From positions 1 through 54,710 of the forward strand of contig JAYVNV010000206.1 in assembly GCA_043758265.1 (NCBI GenBank): 54,710 bases of DNA. Reading direction: 5' to 3'. Position 1 is the first letter of the stretch. Each line of letters starts with the position of its first letter. Below are positions 8,545-18,242 of this stretch, in pieces. The stretch is from Acidimicrobiaceae bacterium. GTDB taxonomy: Bacteria; Actinomycetota; Acidimicrobiia; Acidimicrobiales; RAAP-2. The position numbers were made by a program, and so were the translations under genes. Under the pieces are notes generated by a model, which had not been told where the DNA came from, searched no databases, and worked only from the letters and a program-made list of their open reading frames with translations.

Positions 8545-9821
8545 GCAGGCACCCGCCACTCACTGAAGTGCGCGGCCCCGACCGAGTCGAGCAAGACGCG
8601 CACGACAACGCTGTCTTCGGTGACCGACGTGTCCATGACCTCACCCTCGCGGTGCGCCGCGGCGATGAGGTCGCCGCGGTCGAGCGGCAAGTGCAGAGTG
8701 ACGATGCGGTCGTTCGTGCGCAGGCGATCGCCGACCTTCGCAATGACGGCGTCGAGGTTTTCAGCGGTGAGCGCTGAGACCCAGACGCTACCTTCGTGCA
8801 GCGCGGCCAGCTCACGCGCGCGTGACCCCGGCACGTCGGCCTTGTTGAAGACGAGGAGCTCGGGTACGTGGTCCGCGTCGATCTCACGCAGCACCTCGCG
8901 CACGGCGGCGATCTGTTCCTCGGCGCGGTCGCTGGCGCCGTCGACGACGTGCACCAACAGGTCAGCCAACTGCACCGACTTGAGCGTGCTCATGAAGGCC
9001 TCGACGAGGTCGTGGGGCAGATTGGAGATGAAGCCGACGGTGTCGGTGAAGAGGATCGTCTCGCCACCGGGGAGTTGACGCTGGCGCGTTCGCGGGTCCA
9101 ACGTCGCGAAGAGCCGGTCCTCGGCCACGACGTTGGCGTCGGTCAAGGCATTGAGCATCGACGACTTGCCAGCGTTGGTGTAGCCAATGATGGTCACCTC
9201 GCGGTGACGCCCTCGCGCGCGACCCTGGCGCTGGACGGCGCGGGTCCGGTCAATCTCCTTCAGCTGGCGACGGATGGCGTGAATCCGGTTGACCAGGCGA
9301 CGTCGATCGGTCTCGAGCTGGGTTTCACCCGGTCCCCTCGTGCCAATGCCACCGGCCTGTTGCGACAGCGACCCACCGGCCCGGCGCAGGCGCGGCAGCC
9401 GGTACTGCAATAGCGCCAGTTCAACCTGGGCCTTGCCCTCGGGCGTGCGCGCGTTCTGGGCAAAGATATCGAGAATCACGGCGGTGCGGTCGATGGCCGT
9501 TCGCCCGAGGATCTTCTCGAGGTTGCGCTGCTGGGCCGGCGACAGGTTGTGCTCGAAGACAACGGTGTCCGAGTCGAGCGCGAGGCAGATCTCACGCAGC
9601 TCGTTCACTTTTCCCGAACCAAGAAACGTCGCGGGATCGGGTGAATCACGTCGTTGCACGACTCGTGCGACAACGTCGGCGCCGGCGGTGTCGACGAGCA
9701 GCGCGAGCTCATCGAGCTGGTGGTCGAGTTCGTCCTCGCTCACCCCCGGGAACTGAACCCCCACCAACACGATCTTCTCGCGAAACGAGCGATCAATGAG
9801 TGTGCTGGGTATGTAGGTCAA
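8541..9821 (-). CDS. hflX: Ribosome-splitting GTPase HflX
   Basis: GPGETQLETDRR, GYTNAGKS, LFATLD, DTVGF and NKAD; start set at TTG overlapping the dapF stop (alternative 9833). Confidence 0.95.
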   Translation of the reverse strand: MTYIPSTLIDRSFREKIVLVGVQFPGVSEDELDHQLDELALLVDTAGADVVARVVQRRDSPDPATFLGSGKVNELREICLALDSDTVVFEHNLSPAQQRNLEKILGRTAIDRTAVILDIFAQNARTPEGKAQVELALLQYRLPRLRRAGGSLSQQAGGIGTRGPGETQLETDRRRLVNRIHAIRRQLKEIDRTRAVQRQGRARGRHREVTIIGYTNAGKSSMLNALTDANVVAEDRLFATLDPRTRQRQLPGGETILFTDTVGFISNLPHDLVEAFMSTLKSVQLADLLVHVVDGASDRAEEQIAAVREVLREIDADHVPELLVFNKADVPGSRARELAALHEGSVWVSALTAENLDAVIAKVGDRLRTNDRIVTLHLPLDRGDLIAAAHREGEVMDTSVTEDSVVVRVLLDSVGAAHFSEWRVPA

Positions 9822-10585
9822 GCTTCGAGCCACTCCACATTCGCGACGAACTGCACGGGACCACTCAACGTAGCCTGTCCCGAATCCAGACGAACGTGCA
9901 GCGCGCCTCCGGGATTGTCAACGGTGACATCGGTTCCGCACATCCCTTCACGATTGGCAACAGCGGCGACCGCGCACGATCCCGTGCCACAGGCCTGGGT
10001 CCACCCAACTCCACGCTCGACGACCGAGATAGTGAGGTGCCCCTCGTCCTCGACACTGACGAATTCCACGTTGGCACCGTCCATCTGGCCCGAGAGCTCC
10101 TCGGCCAACTCCTCGCGCATCGCGTCAGTCCACTTGGGGTCATCGCGCACGACGACGTGCGGGTTGCCAACGAACGCCACGCCGAGCGTGCCCGGCAAGG
10201 TGTCGCCGAAGGTGACTCGACCCATATCGACGCTGCCGTAGCCGTGGTCGCCGTCCATTGTGAGCGTCACCGTGCGCGCGCCAGCGTCGGTCTGAACGTC
10301 GAGGCAGTCCCAGGTGGCGCCGGTCGCGCGGCGAACGGCCGCGGCGAGACAGCGCACGCCGTTGCCCGACATCTCCGCGATTGAGCCATCGGCGTTGTGC
10401 ACGACTAGGGCGACCTCCGAGCCCAGCGTCACGAGCAGCAGCCCGTCGGCGCCCACGCCCGAGGTGCGATTGCACACGGCCCGGGCCCGGGCCTCGTCCC
10501 ACCACGGCGCGGTACCGTGCTCGCTCACTTCGACGAGGAAGTCGTTCCCCGCCGCGTGCCACTTCTGAAGGGATCGCAGTGCCAT
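9818..10585 (-). CDS. dapF: Diaminopimelate epimerase (first catalytic Cys replaced by Ser)
   Basis: GNDF, GVGADG, NADGSIAEMSGNGVRC, GNPH, NVEF and ERGVGWTQACGTG; ATG at 10585 after AGGAG. Confidence 0.9.
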   Translation of the reverse strand: MALRSLQKWHAAGNDFLVEVSEHGTAPWWDEARARAVCNRTSGVGADGLLLVTLGSEVALVVHNADGSIAEMSGNGVRCLAAAVRRATGATWDCLDVQTDAGARTVTLTMDGDHGYGSVDMGRVTFGDTLPGTLGVAFVGNPHVVVRDDPKWTDAMREELAEELSGQMDGANVEFVSVEDEGHLTISVVERGVGWTQACGTGSCAVAAVANREGMCGTDVTVDNPGGALHVRLDSGQATLSGPVQFVANVEWLEA

Positions 10586-10592
10586 AACTCTC

Positions 10593-11537
10593 CTAGTCTC
10601 GCAGGAACTCCGAGAATCCATTCAGGACCTCGCGCAGCCGCGTCGCCGCGTCCTCGTGCGACGCGAACCACTCGATTCGCGGGTCGCGCAGAAACCACGA
10701 GCGCTGTCGGCGCGCCAGGCGCCGGCTCTGGATGATTGCCTCCTCGACGCACGTTTCGAGGTCGGCCCCCTCTTCGACGTGGCGCAGGAGTTCGCGGTAG
10801 CCAACGGCCTGACGCGCGGTGCGACTGAGGCCGCCCGGCGCGGCCGCCAGTTTCGTGACCTCGCCGAGCAGCCCGTGCTCCATCCAGTCGCGGAATCGTC
10901 GCGCGATTCGTTCATCCAACTGCTCGAAATCGGTCTGGATCGCCACCTGGACCACGCGGATCGCGCCGTAGTGGAGGAGTCCCTCGCCGTAGGAGGAGAA
11001 CGCTCGACCGGCCCCGAGGGTTACCTCGAGCGCGCGCACGACGCGCCGTGCGTTGGTGGGCTCCATTCGCGAGGCCGCCACGGGGTCGAGCCGACACAAC
11101 TCCTCGTAGAGCGCGGGCAGGTCCGACTCGACGCGCGCGTCGAGGACAGTGCGCACGCCGGGGTACTGGCCGGGAATCGCCAAATCATCAAGCACCGCGC
11201 GACCGTACAGTCCGGTGCCACCAACGTAGAGGGTGCCGTGGCCTCGACGCGCGACATCGTTCGCCGCGTGGCGCGCCGCGCGCTGGTACTGGCCAACACT
11301 GAACTCCTCACTCGGCTCAACGAGGTCGAGCAGGTGATAGCGAACCTCGGAGCGTTCGCGCGTCGTGGGCTTGGCCGTCGCCAGGTCCATCCCGCGATAG
11401 ACGGTCATGGCGTCGACGCAGAGTATCTCTATCTCATCGTCGCTGTCGCGTACGAGGCGGTGGGCCAGCGCCGACTTGCCCGAGGCCGTTGGTCCCACCA
11501 GCGCCACCGCGGGGACCGACGACGCCTCCACACTCAC
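10593..11537 (-). CDS. miaA: tRNA dimethylallyltransferase
   Basis: GPTASGKS, VYRGMDLATAKP, VGGTGLY and RVVRALEV. Confidence 0.95.
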   Translation of the reverse strand: MSVEASSVPAVALVGPTASGKSALAHRLVRDSDDEIEILCVDAMTVYRGMDLATAKPTTRERSEVRYHLLDLVEPSEEFSVGQYQRAARHAANDVARRGHGTLYVGGTGLYGRAVLDDLAIPGQYPGVRTVLDARVESDLPALYEELCRLDPVAASRMEPTNARRVVRALEVTLGAGRAFSSYGEGLLHYGAIRVVQVAIQTDFEQLDERIARRFRDWMEHGLLGEVTKLAAAPGGLSRTARQAVGYRELLRHVEEGADLETCVEEAIIQSRRLARRQRSWFLRDPRIEWFASHEDAATRLREVLNGFSEFLRD

Positions 11538-12928
11538 GAACTCAGGAGCGGGATGCGAACCTTGTGCTTTGGACCACGCACCGTTGACGAGTACTCACCC
11601 AGCAGGTGGTAGGGCGCGCCGTAGACCACGTCAACCAACGCGAGTGACCCCGGACGCAGCGTCTCGTCGCCCGGTGCAAAATGAACGAGCTTGCCCTGGC
11701 GCGTCCGCCCCGACAGCGTCTGGTCGTTGCGCTTCGACAATCCCTCGACGAGGACCTCCTCGCGCCGCCCCACTCGGGCCTCGTGCTTGCGCAACGCCGA
11801 TCGGTCCAGCACCTCCTTCAGTCGCACGAAACGGGCCTTGATCACGTCGTCGCCCACGAAGGAGTCGGTCATGAGCGCTGCGCGCGTCCCCTCACGCGCT
11901 GAGAAGATGAACGTGTAGGCCGAATCAAACTGACAGGCCGCCACAACGTCGAGCGTCTCATCGAACTGCGCGTCACTCTCGCCGGGGAAGCCAACAATGA
12001 GATCGGTCGTCACGGCCAGGTCGTCAATCTGCGCACGGGCGCTCGCGAGTCGTTCCAGGTAGCGCTCGACCGTGTAGCCCCGGCGCATCGAGGAGAGCAC
12101 ACGATTCGACCCCGACTGCAGGGGCAGGTGCAGCTGGGGGCAGACCGCCTCGGTCTCGGCCATCGCGCGGATCGTGTCAAGACTGAGGTCCTTCGGGTGC
12201 GGACTGGTAAATCGGATCCGTTCAATGCCTTTAACGGCGCCCAGCTCGCGCAGCAGTTGAGCGAACAGTGGGCGGCGCCGAGTGATGTCACGGCCGTAGG
12301 AGTTGACGTTCTGACCGAGCACCGTGATCTCCGTGACGCCGGCTGCGACGAGCATCTCGGCCTCGACGAGCAGATCGTCGAAAGGTCGACTGATCTCCTC
12401 ACCGCGCACCGAAGGCACGATGCAGTAGGCGCAAGTGTTATCACAGCCGGTCTGGATGGTCATCCACGCCGCGAAGGGAAGTTCGCGCACCGCGTAGAGC
12501 GCCGGCGCCATGTCGCGGTTTGCTTCAGGGTCGGGCCCGTCGAGGACCTCGACAATCGGACCCTCAGTGCGTGAACGCTGGAGGAGACGTGGCGCTGACG
12601 CCAGGTTGTGAGTCCCAAAGACAACGTCGACCCAGCCGGCACGCTCGATGATCTCACCGCGGTCCTTCTGCGCCATGCAGCCGCCGACCGCGATCTGCAT
12701 TCCGGGACGGCGTTCCTTCAGTGCCTTTATTTGGCCGAGCGCGCTGTAGAGCTTGAGGTCAGCGTTCTCGCGAATCGTGCAGGTGTTGAAGATCACGACG
12801 TCGGCGTCGCCATCGTCGCTCGCGGCGACGAGCCCGTCGGCGACGAGAAGCCCCGCGAGCCGTTCGGAGTCGTGTTCGTTCATCTGGCAGCCGAAGGTGC
12901 GGATTGAGAAGGTTTTGGGCGTTGCCAC
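11534..12928 (-). CDS. miaB: tRNA-2-methylthio-N6-dimethylallyladenosine synthase (radical SAM)
   Basis: TFGCQMNEHDSE, CDNTCAYC, LGQNVNSY, RFTSPHP; C-terminal TRAM domain. Confidence 0.96.
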   Translation of the reverse strand: MATPKTFSIRTFGCQMNEHDSERLAGLLVADGLVAASDDGDADVVIFNTCTIRENADLKLYSALGQIKALKERRPGMQIAVGGCMAQKDRGEIIERAGWVDVVFGTHNLASAPRLLQRSRTEGPIVEVLDGPDPEANRDMAPALYAVRELPFAAWMTIQTGCDNTCAYCIVPSVRGEEISRPFDDLLVEAEMLVAAGVTEITVLGQNVNSYGRDITRRRPLFAQLLRELGAVKGIERIRFTSPHPKDLSLDTIRAMAETEAVCPQLHLPLQSGSNRVLSSMRRGYTVERYLERLASARAQIDDLAVTTDLIVGFPGESDAQFDETLDVVAACQFDSAYTFIFSAREGTRAALMTDSFVGDDVIKARFVRLKEVLDRSALRKHEARVGRREEVLVEGLSKRNDQTLSGRTRQGKLVHFAPGDETLRPGSLALVDVVYGAPYHLLGEYSSTVRGPKHKVRIPLLSS

Positions 12929-12937
12929 GCCTCGAGC

Positions 12938-13816
12938 CTACTGAACCAGCGTCGGTTTCGAATTGGCCGCGTCGTACGTGACGCCGGCGCCCGCGCTCAC
13001 AACGCAGACCATGCCGACGAGGTCCCACGGATGAATCGACTGACTCAGCACCACGAAACCAATGACGAAGGCGACGGCCGGATCGAACGCGAACAGCACA
13101 CCGGCCGTCGAGGGTCGAAGCCGTCGAAGGGCCTGCAGCTCGAACGCGAAGCCCAGCACGATCGACATAACAGCGATGAGAGCGAGGCGAGCGAGGATCG
13201 ACGGGTGAGCGAGTACGTGCGACAACGCACCCATCGACCACGGCAACGTCACCACCGCGGCGATGGACATCGACACCGCGAGCCCGCCGAAACCTTCGGC
13301 CTGTCCCCCGACGCGGTGTGCGGCGAAAACGTACGCCGCCCAGCCGACCCCTGAACCAGCCGCTAAGAGGACACCGGTCATATTGAGCCCGCCGCCCGGG
13401 CGCGCAATGGCTAGCACGCCCAGTCCGGCCAGGATCACGAACGCGTAGTGGCGCGTCGAACGTTGGCCGAGCGCCGAGACCATGAACGGTCCCAGATACT
13501 CAATGGCGACGGCCGCGCCGAGCGGGATCCGCTCGATTGATTGATAGAAACAGACGTTCATGAAGGCAACCGAGAGGCCCAGCGCGAGCGCGCCGGTCCA
13601 CTGCTGGCTCGTCCATGAACGCAGTCGCGGCCTCGTGAAGCCCAGCAAGACAATCGCGCCGAGCAAGAAGCGCCACGCGCTCGTGGCCGTTGGCCCGATG
13701 ACGCCAAAGACGTGCGTAACGAGCGCGGCCGACCACTGGATTAGGGTCGCGCCCAAGAGCATGTAGCTGGCGCCGCCGAACGCCGTGCGTCGACTCGGCG
13801 CGCCGGCGGTGGTCAA
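12938..13816 (-). CDS. EamA/DMT exporter, RhtA (threonine/homoserine exporter)-like
   Basis: About 10 TM segments; RIPLGAAVAIEYLGP and ELQALRRL...DPAVA motifs; TTG start overlaps the thrB stop. Confidence 0.82.
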   Translation of the reverse strand: MTTAGAPSRRTAFGGASYMLLGATLIQWSAALVTHVFGVIGPTATSAWRFLLGAIVLLGFTRPRLRSWTSQQWTGALALGLSVAFMNVCFYQSIERIPLGAAVAIEYLGPFMVSALGQRSTRHYAFVILAGLGVLAIARPGGGLNMTGVLLAAGSGVGWAAYVFAAHRVGGQAEGFGGLAVSMSIAAVVTLPWSMGALSHVLAHPSILARLALIAVMSIVLGFAFELQALRRLRPSTAGVLFAFDPAVAFVIGFVVLSQSIHPWDLVGMVCVVSAGAGVTYDAANSKPTLVQ

Positions 13817-14661
13817 CGTCGCACTAGACCGGCGGTATCGGCCTCGAGTACGTGGACACTGCCGCCGATTCCCTCCGCCACGAGGAAGGCCGACGCCGCC
13901 TCGGCGACGGCGCCCGAGGCCTCGCGAGACACGAGGCCGAGCATCGTCGAGCCGGACCCCGACCAGCACGACCCGGCAGCCCCGCTCTCTCGAAGCGTCG
14001 TGAGCAGGGGCGCCGCGAAGGCCAACAGACCCATTCGATAGGGCTGGTGCAGATGGTCGTCCATGGCCGACGAGACAAAGTCACGGTGATCAGCCAGTCC
14101 CGCGAGCAAGAGGCCGAAGGCGTGGAGGTTATCAACGGCGTCGGCAAAGGGAATTTTGTTCGGCAAGACACGGCGCGCGGCGGCGGTGGTCAACTCCTCA
14201 TCGGGGATAACAACGACGAAGCGCCACGCCTCGTCGAGTCGCATAGAACGAGCGACGATACCTTCACGCGATTGCACGCTCGCCACGACCAGGCCGCCCA
14301 GCATCGAGGCGGCGGCGTTCTCGGCGTGGCCATCGACTGCCGCCCCCACGGCGAGTGGGTCAGTGGACCCGGCGCAGGCCGCGGCCGCCACCGCCAGCGC
14401 CGCGGAGGAGCCGAGACCGCGCGAAACGGGGATGGACGAGTTCACGTGCAGAGAGAAGCGATTATGTCCGAGCACTTGAGCGGCGACCCTCGCGCCGAGA
14501 TTGCGCTCATCGTCGAACCTGCCGGCGCCACATCCCTCGCTCGAGATCGAGAAGGCGTCGGCCGGTTCGATTGTCACTTCGAGGTAGAGCGCGAGCGCCA
14601 CGGCCAACGTATCGAAGCCCGGTCCGAGGTTGGCCGAACTGGCCGGTACGCGCGCGAACAT
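13813..14661 (-). CDS. thrB: Homoserine kinase (GHMP family)
   Basis: VPASSANLGPGFD, IPVSRGLGSSAA, DHLHQPYR and SGSGST. Confidence 0.92.
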   Translation of the reverse strand: MFARVPASSANLGPGFDTLAVALALYLEVTIEPADAFSISSEGCGAGRFDDERNLGARVAAQVLGHNRFSLHVNSSIPVSRGLGSSAALAVAAAACAGSTDPLAVGAAVDGHAENAAASMLGGLVVASVQSREGIVARSMRLDEAWRFVVVIPDEELTTAAARRVLPNKIPFADAVDNLHAFGLLLAGLADHRDFVSSAMDDHLHQPYRMGLLAFAAPLLTTLRESGAAGSCWSGSGSTMLGLVSREASGAVAEAASAFLVAEGIGGSVHVLEADTAGLVRR

Positions 14662-14665
14662 GGCT

Positions 14666-15883
14666 TTACAGTAGGCGTTGGAAAAGCGTGGGCGGCGAGA
14701 TTGTGCGTTGCGCCACGAGTTTCAGTCGAGGTTCGTGACCGGGAACGTTGAGCCAGCCAACGACCTCGCCGCGCCGGATGGTCTTCGTCAACACCTTAAA
14801 GTCCAACGTGAACGGAGCACTGTCCTTCGGTGCCCATCGCCAGATCTGGTAGTTCGACGCGAAACCGAAGGGCACCACGCGACTCCCCCACCCGATCCAG
14901 CCAAACGTGCTGCCCGCATTGAATGACTGCTCGATTCGTTGTTGGAGCGCGGACCTCGAGAGCGCCAACGCCGCGAGGCCGGCCGGTCCGAGCAGATCGC
15001 CCCCTCGTTGACCGAGCACGACGCTGTAGACCACGCGCGTGTAACCGCTCTGTTGAAACGTCATCGCCATGACGTCACAGCCCCCGGCAGCGATGGTGCG
15101 CCCGGACTTCACGCCGATGACATTGTCCACCCCCACCAAGGGCGTAAACGACGACACGACCCCCGCAACGGGTAGGCGCACATTCGTCTGATCGACAATC
15201 GCGCGCACGAGCGCTGAGTTCATCAGCAACACCGCCAGCCTCGCCTGGTCGCCCGCCGTCGACACCGACTCGCTCAATATGCCTGACGGATCGGCGTAGT
15301 GCGTGTTGCTCAGTCCGAGTTGGGCGGCCGTCGCATTCATCGTCGCGACGAAGTTGATGGTCGAACCCGACACCATCGAAGCGAGGAGATCGGCGTAGTT
15401 CGCGGCCGAGTGAACGAGCAGTCCACTCAAGAGGTCGAACTCGCAGAGCTGCTCACCCACGACCACCGCCGCACTCGAATCACCCCGGAGCTGGTCCGCC
15501 TGATAGGTGAGGAGGTCGTTGGCCGTCGTCGTGATGCACGGCCCGCTCTCGCCCGGTCCCAGCGGCAGGCGTTGCAGCGTGACGTACGCGGTCATCATCT
15601 TGGTCAGGCTCGCGATTGGCACCACCGAATCGTGATGACGTACCAACACCCCGTACGCCGGGATGTCTACGGCGGCGTTGCCGATGATTGGCCAGTCCAA
15701 CGGCGTCGTGGCTTCGTGCGTTGACAGCAGTGCCAGCACGGCGTGTGAGGTGGCGCGTTGGTGCAGCAAAGGCAGTTGCATCGAGACAATTAGCCCCGTT
15801 GCGATGGCCAAGCCGAGAACCATTGAAAGTGCTCTCGAGAAGAGTCCGCGAAGAGCGCGACGCCGAGTTGATCTCTTCAACAC
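14666..15883 (-). CDS. D-alanyl-D-alanine carboxypeptidase family protein (peptidase S11)
   Basis: N-terminal TM anchor; PIASLTKMMTA (SxxK), THYADPSG and VKSG (KTG motif); the SxN position reads SAA. Confidence 0.85.
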   Translation of the reverse strand: MLKRSTRRRALRGLFSRALSMVLGLAIATGLIVSMQLPLLHQRATSHAVLALLSTHEATTPLDWPIIGNAAVDIPAYGVLVRHHDSVVPIASLTKMMTAYVTLQRLPLGPGESGPCITTTANDLLTYQADQLRGDSSAAVVVGEQLCEFDLLSGLLVHSAANYADLLASMVSGSTINFVATMNATAAQLGLSNTHYADPSGILSESVSTAGDQARLAVLLMNSALVRAIVDQTNVRLPVAGVVSSFTPLVGVDNVIGVKSGRTIAAGGCDVMAMTFQQSGYTRVVYSVVLGQRGGDLLGPAGLAALALSRSALQQRIEQSFNAGSTFGWIGWGSRVVPFGFASNYQIWRWAPKDSAPFTLDFKVLTKTIRRGEVVGWLNVPGHEPRLKLVAQRTISPPTLFQRLL

Positions 15884-18219
15884 GAACTACGTTCGTCGTA
15901 CTCTTCTGGCGTCATGAGCACCTTGCGCGCCTTGGAACCGTCGCCGGCCGCCACGACGCCCTCCTGCTCGAGTTGATCCATCAATCGACCAGCGCGCGCG
16001 AAGCCCACGCGCAGCTTTCGCTGCAACATCGAGGTCGATCCAGACTGGGTGCGAATGACCAGTTCGCGCGCCTGGGCCAGCACTGCGTCGTCGTCGTCAC
16101 TCGATCCCGAACCCGACGATCCACCCCGGCCGGTTGGCACGTCGAGCGCGATAACGCTCTCGGCCCGTCCCCCCTGGGCCCGCCACGCCTCGACAACCTT
16201 CGCGACCTCGTCCTCCGAGACCCACGGGGACTGCAGACGTCGCGCCACGTTCGACGACGCCGTCACGAGCAACATGTCGCCCTTGCCAATGAGGCGCTCG
16301 GCCCCGGCCTGGTCGAGAATGACTCGGCTGTCGGCTAACGACGACACGGCGAAGGCGATCCGGCTCGGCACGTTGGCCTTGATGACGCCGGTGATGACGT
16401 CCACGCTCGGCCGCTGCGTCGCGAGCACGAGGTGGATACCAACGGCCCGCGCCATCTGCGCAATTCGCACTACCGACTCCTCGACGTCGCGCGCCGCCAC
16501 CATCATGAGGTCGTTCAACTCGTCAACGACGATGACGATGTAGGGCAGTTCTTCGGGCCCCGACGGGCGCTCCACGTCGGAGGGGAGCCCGGTCGCGCGC
16601 TCCATCACCTCGGCCACGCGCTCAGCGTCGCTCCGCTCGGGCACCAACTCACCGCGCGCGATCATCATCTGGTAGCTCGTGATGTCGCGAGCGCCGTTCG
16701 CGGCGAGGATGTCGTAGCGCCGCTCCATCTCCTTCACGGCCCACGCCAGCATGCCGGCCGCCTTCTTTGGATCGACGACGACTGGTGAAAGCAGGTGGGG
16801 CAGGTCGTTGTACTGGCCCATCTCGACGCGTTTGGGGTCAACGAGCATGAGACGAAGTTGATCGGGCGTCGCACGCATGACGAGTGACGTGACAATGGAG
16901 TTGATGAGCGAGCTCTTGCCGGCCCCGGTCGCCCCCGAGATCAGGACGTGAGGCATCTCGCCGAGATTGACGACCAGCGTCTTTCCCGAGATGTCACGTC
17001 CGATCGGGACGTCTAAGGGGTGCTGAGCCTTCGACGCCTCCTCCGAGGCCAACAGGTCACCGAGCGCGACCAGCGTGCGTTGGCGGTTCGGAACCTCGAC
17101 ACCGATCGCCGAACGGCCAGGGATCGGCGCGAGGATTCGCACCTCGGGCGAGGCCATGGCGTAGGCGATATCGCGATTGAGCGACGTGACACTCGAGACC
17201 TTGACGCCGGGGCCAAGCTCGAGCTCGAAGCGTGTAACGGTCGGTCCGACAGTGAAGCCGACCAACGACGTGTCGACGCCGTGGGCGGCGAGGGCCTCGA
17301 CGAGCTCGCCCCCGAGGTTCTCGATGGCGGCGCGGTCCTGCTTAAGTTCCTTCGTGCGCACCAGCAGCGACGGCGACGGTAGCTCCCAATCACTGGCCAT
17401 CACTGGCACGATGACGCGGGGCCGCTCGCGCGTGGGGCCCTCCTCTTTGAGGGGCTCGGGCTCCTCGCCGTACTCCTCATCACGGTGCTCCTCATCGAAC
17501 GTCTGATCCACCACGGGCGCCGCGGTTACCACCGGTTCAATCGGGACACGACGCGCGCGCTCGCGCTTCTGCCCGGGCGTCTGGTCGTAACCGACGTCGC
17601 GCGTCGCGCGCCCGCCCCACCAACGTGCGAAGGCGGAGGCGAGCGTTCGAACGGCGCCGCTGGTCGCCAGATAGAGCGCCCGCAGGCCAACACCGGTGCC
17701 GAGCATCGTAGCGATGACGAGCAGCGCCGCGAGCACCACCAGCGCGCCGGCCACGCCGATTGTTTTGTCGAGCCCACCACCGATTACCGCCCCGAGCCAA
17801 CCGCCTCCGTGGGCGAACTGCTTGGTCGTGGCGTGCAGTGAGGGCCGTCCCCCCGCGAGGTGTCCGAGGCCGCAAACGCTGAGCGTCGCGAGGGCGATGC
17901 CCCAGCTCACGCGGGCCCGATCGACCTCGATGCGCCCGACGATTAGCGCCACCCCGAGGCCGAGCAGCATGACTGGCAGCGCAAAGCGACCGACACCAAA
18001 GGCGACGGCGAGACCCTTCGATATCGCTCGGCCGACCGGGCCGAGCGAGCCCGCTTCGGCGAGGATGACGAAGAAACCAACGACGACCAGCAAGACAATC
18101 CACAGGTCGCGGGCGTGACGCCCCCACAGACTGGGCGCGCTCGAGGCGCGCGCCTTCGAGGGCTGCTTGGCCGGCTTCTTAACCGGCTTCTTCGAATGTC
18201 GTGCCTGTGCCACAACCAT
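15877..18219 (-). CDS. ftsK: DNA translocase FtsK
   Basis: N-terminal TMs, GPTVTRFE, SGATGAGKS, VDPKRVE, LATQRPS and gamma domain SMLQRKLRVGFARAGR; start ATG 18219 or GTG 18213. Confidence 0.96.
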   Translation of the reverse strand: MVVAQARHSKKPVKKPAKQPSKARASSAPSLWGRHARDLWIVLLVVVGFFVILAEAGSLGPVGRAISKGLAVAFGVGRFALPVMLLGLGVALIVGRIEVDRARVSWGIALATLSVCGLGHLAGGRPSLHATTKQFAHGGGWLGAVIGGGLDKTIGVAGALVVLAALLVIATMLGTGVGLRALYLATSGAVRTLASAFARWWGGRATRDVGYDQTPGQKRERARRVPIEPVVTAAPVVDQTFDEEHRDEEYGEEPEPLKEEGPTRERPRVIVPVMASDWELPSPSLLVRTKELKQDRAAIENLGGELVEALAAHGVDTSLVGFTVGPTVTRFELELGPGVKVSSVTSLNRDIAYAMASPEVRILAPIPGRSAIGVEVPNRQRTLVALGDLLASEEASKAQHPLDVPIGRDISGKTLVVNLGEMPHVLISGATGAGKSSLINSIVTSLVMRATPDQLRLMLVDPKRVEMGQYNDLPHLLSPVVVDPKKAAGMLAWAVKEMERRYDILAANGARDITSYQMMIARGELVPERSDAERVAEVMERATGLPSDVERPSGPEELPYIVIVVDELNDLMMVAARDVEESVVRIAQMARAVGIHLVLATQRPSVDVITGVIKANVPSRIAFAVSSLADSRVILDQAGAERLIGKGDMLLVTASSNVARRLQSPWVSEDEVAKVVEAWRAQGGRAESVIALDVPTGRGGSSGSGSSDDDDAVLAQARELVIRTQSGSTSMLQRKLRVGFARAGRLMDQLEQEGVVAAGDGSKARKVLMTPEEYDERSSC

Positions 18220-18228
18220 CCAACTTAC

Positions 18229-18242
18229 CGAACACTGATTCG
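18229..18242. promoter_or_regulatory. Candidate LexA box in the ftsK/SIP divergent intergenic region
   Basis: CGAAC-ACTG-ATTCG (one mismatch), next to the putative ftsK -10 TAAGTT (18227-18222). Confidence 0.5.

Noticed and set aside
14450-14470. aagcgattatgtc resembles part of a dif site (xerC and ftsK are in the window)
   Set aside because: Inside thrB and lacks the full two-arm dif structure
15883-15895. CGAAC-TAC-GTTCG palindrome near the dac start
   Set aside because: Spacer is 3 nt rather than 4, and it lies within ftsK coding sequence
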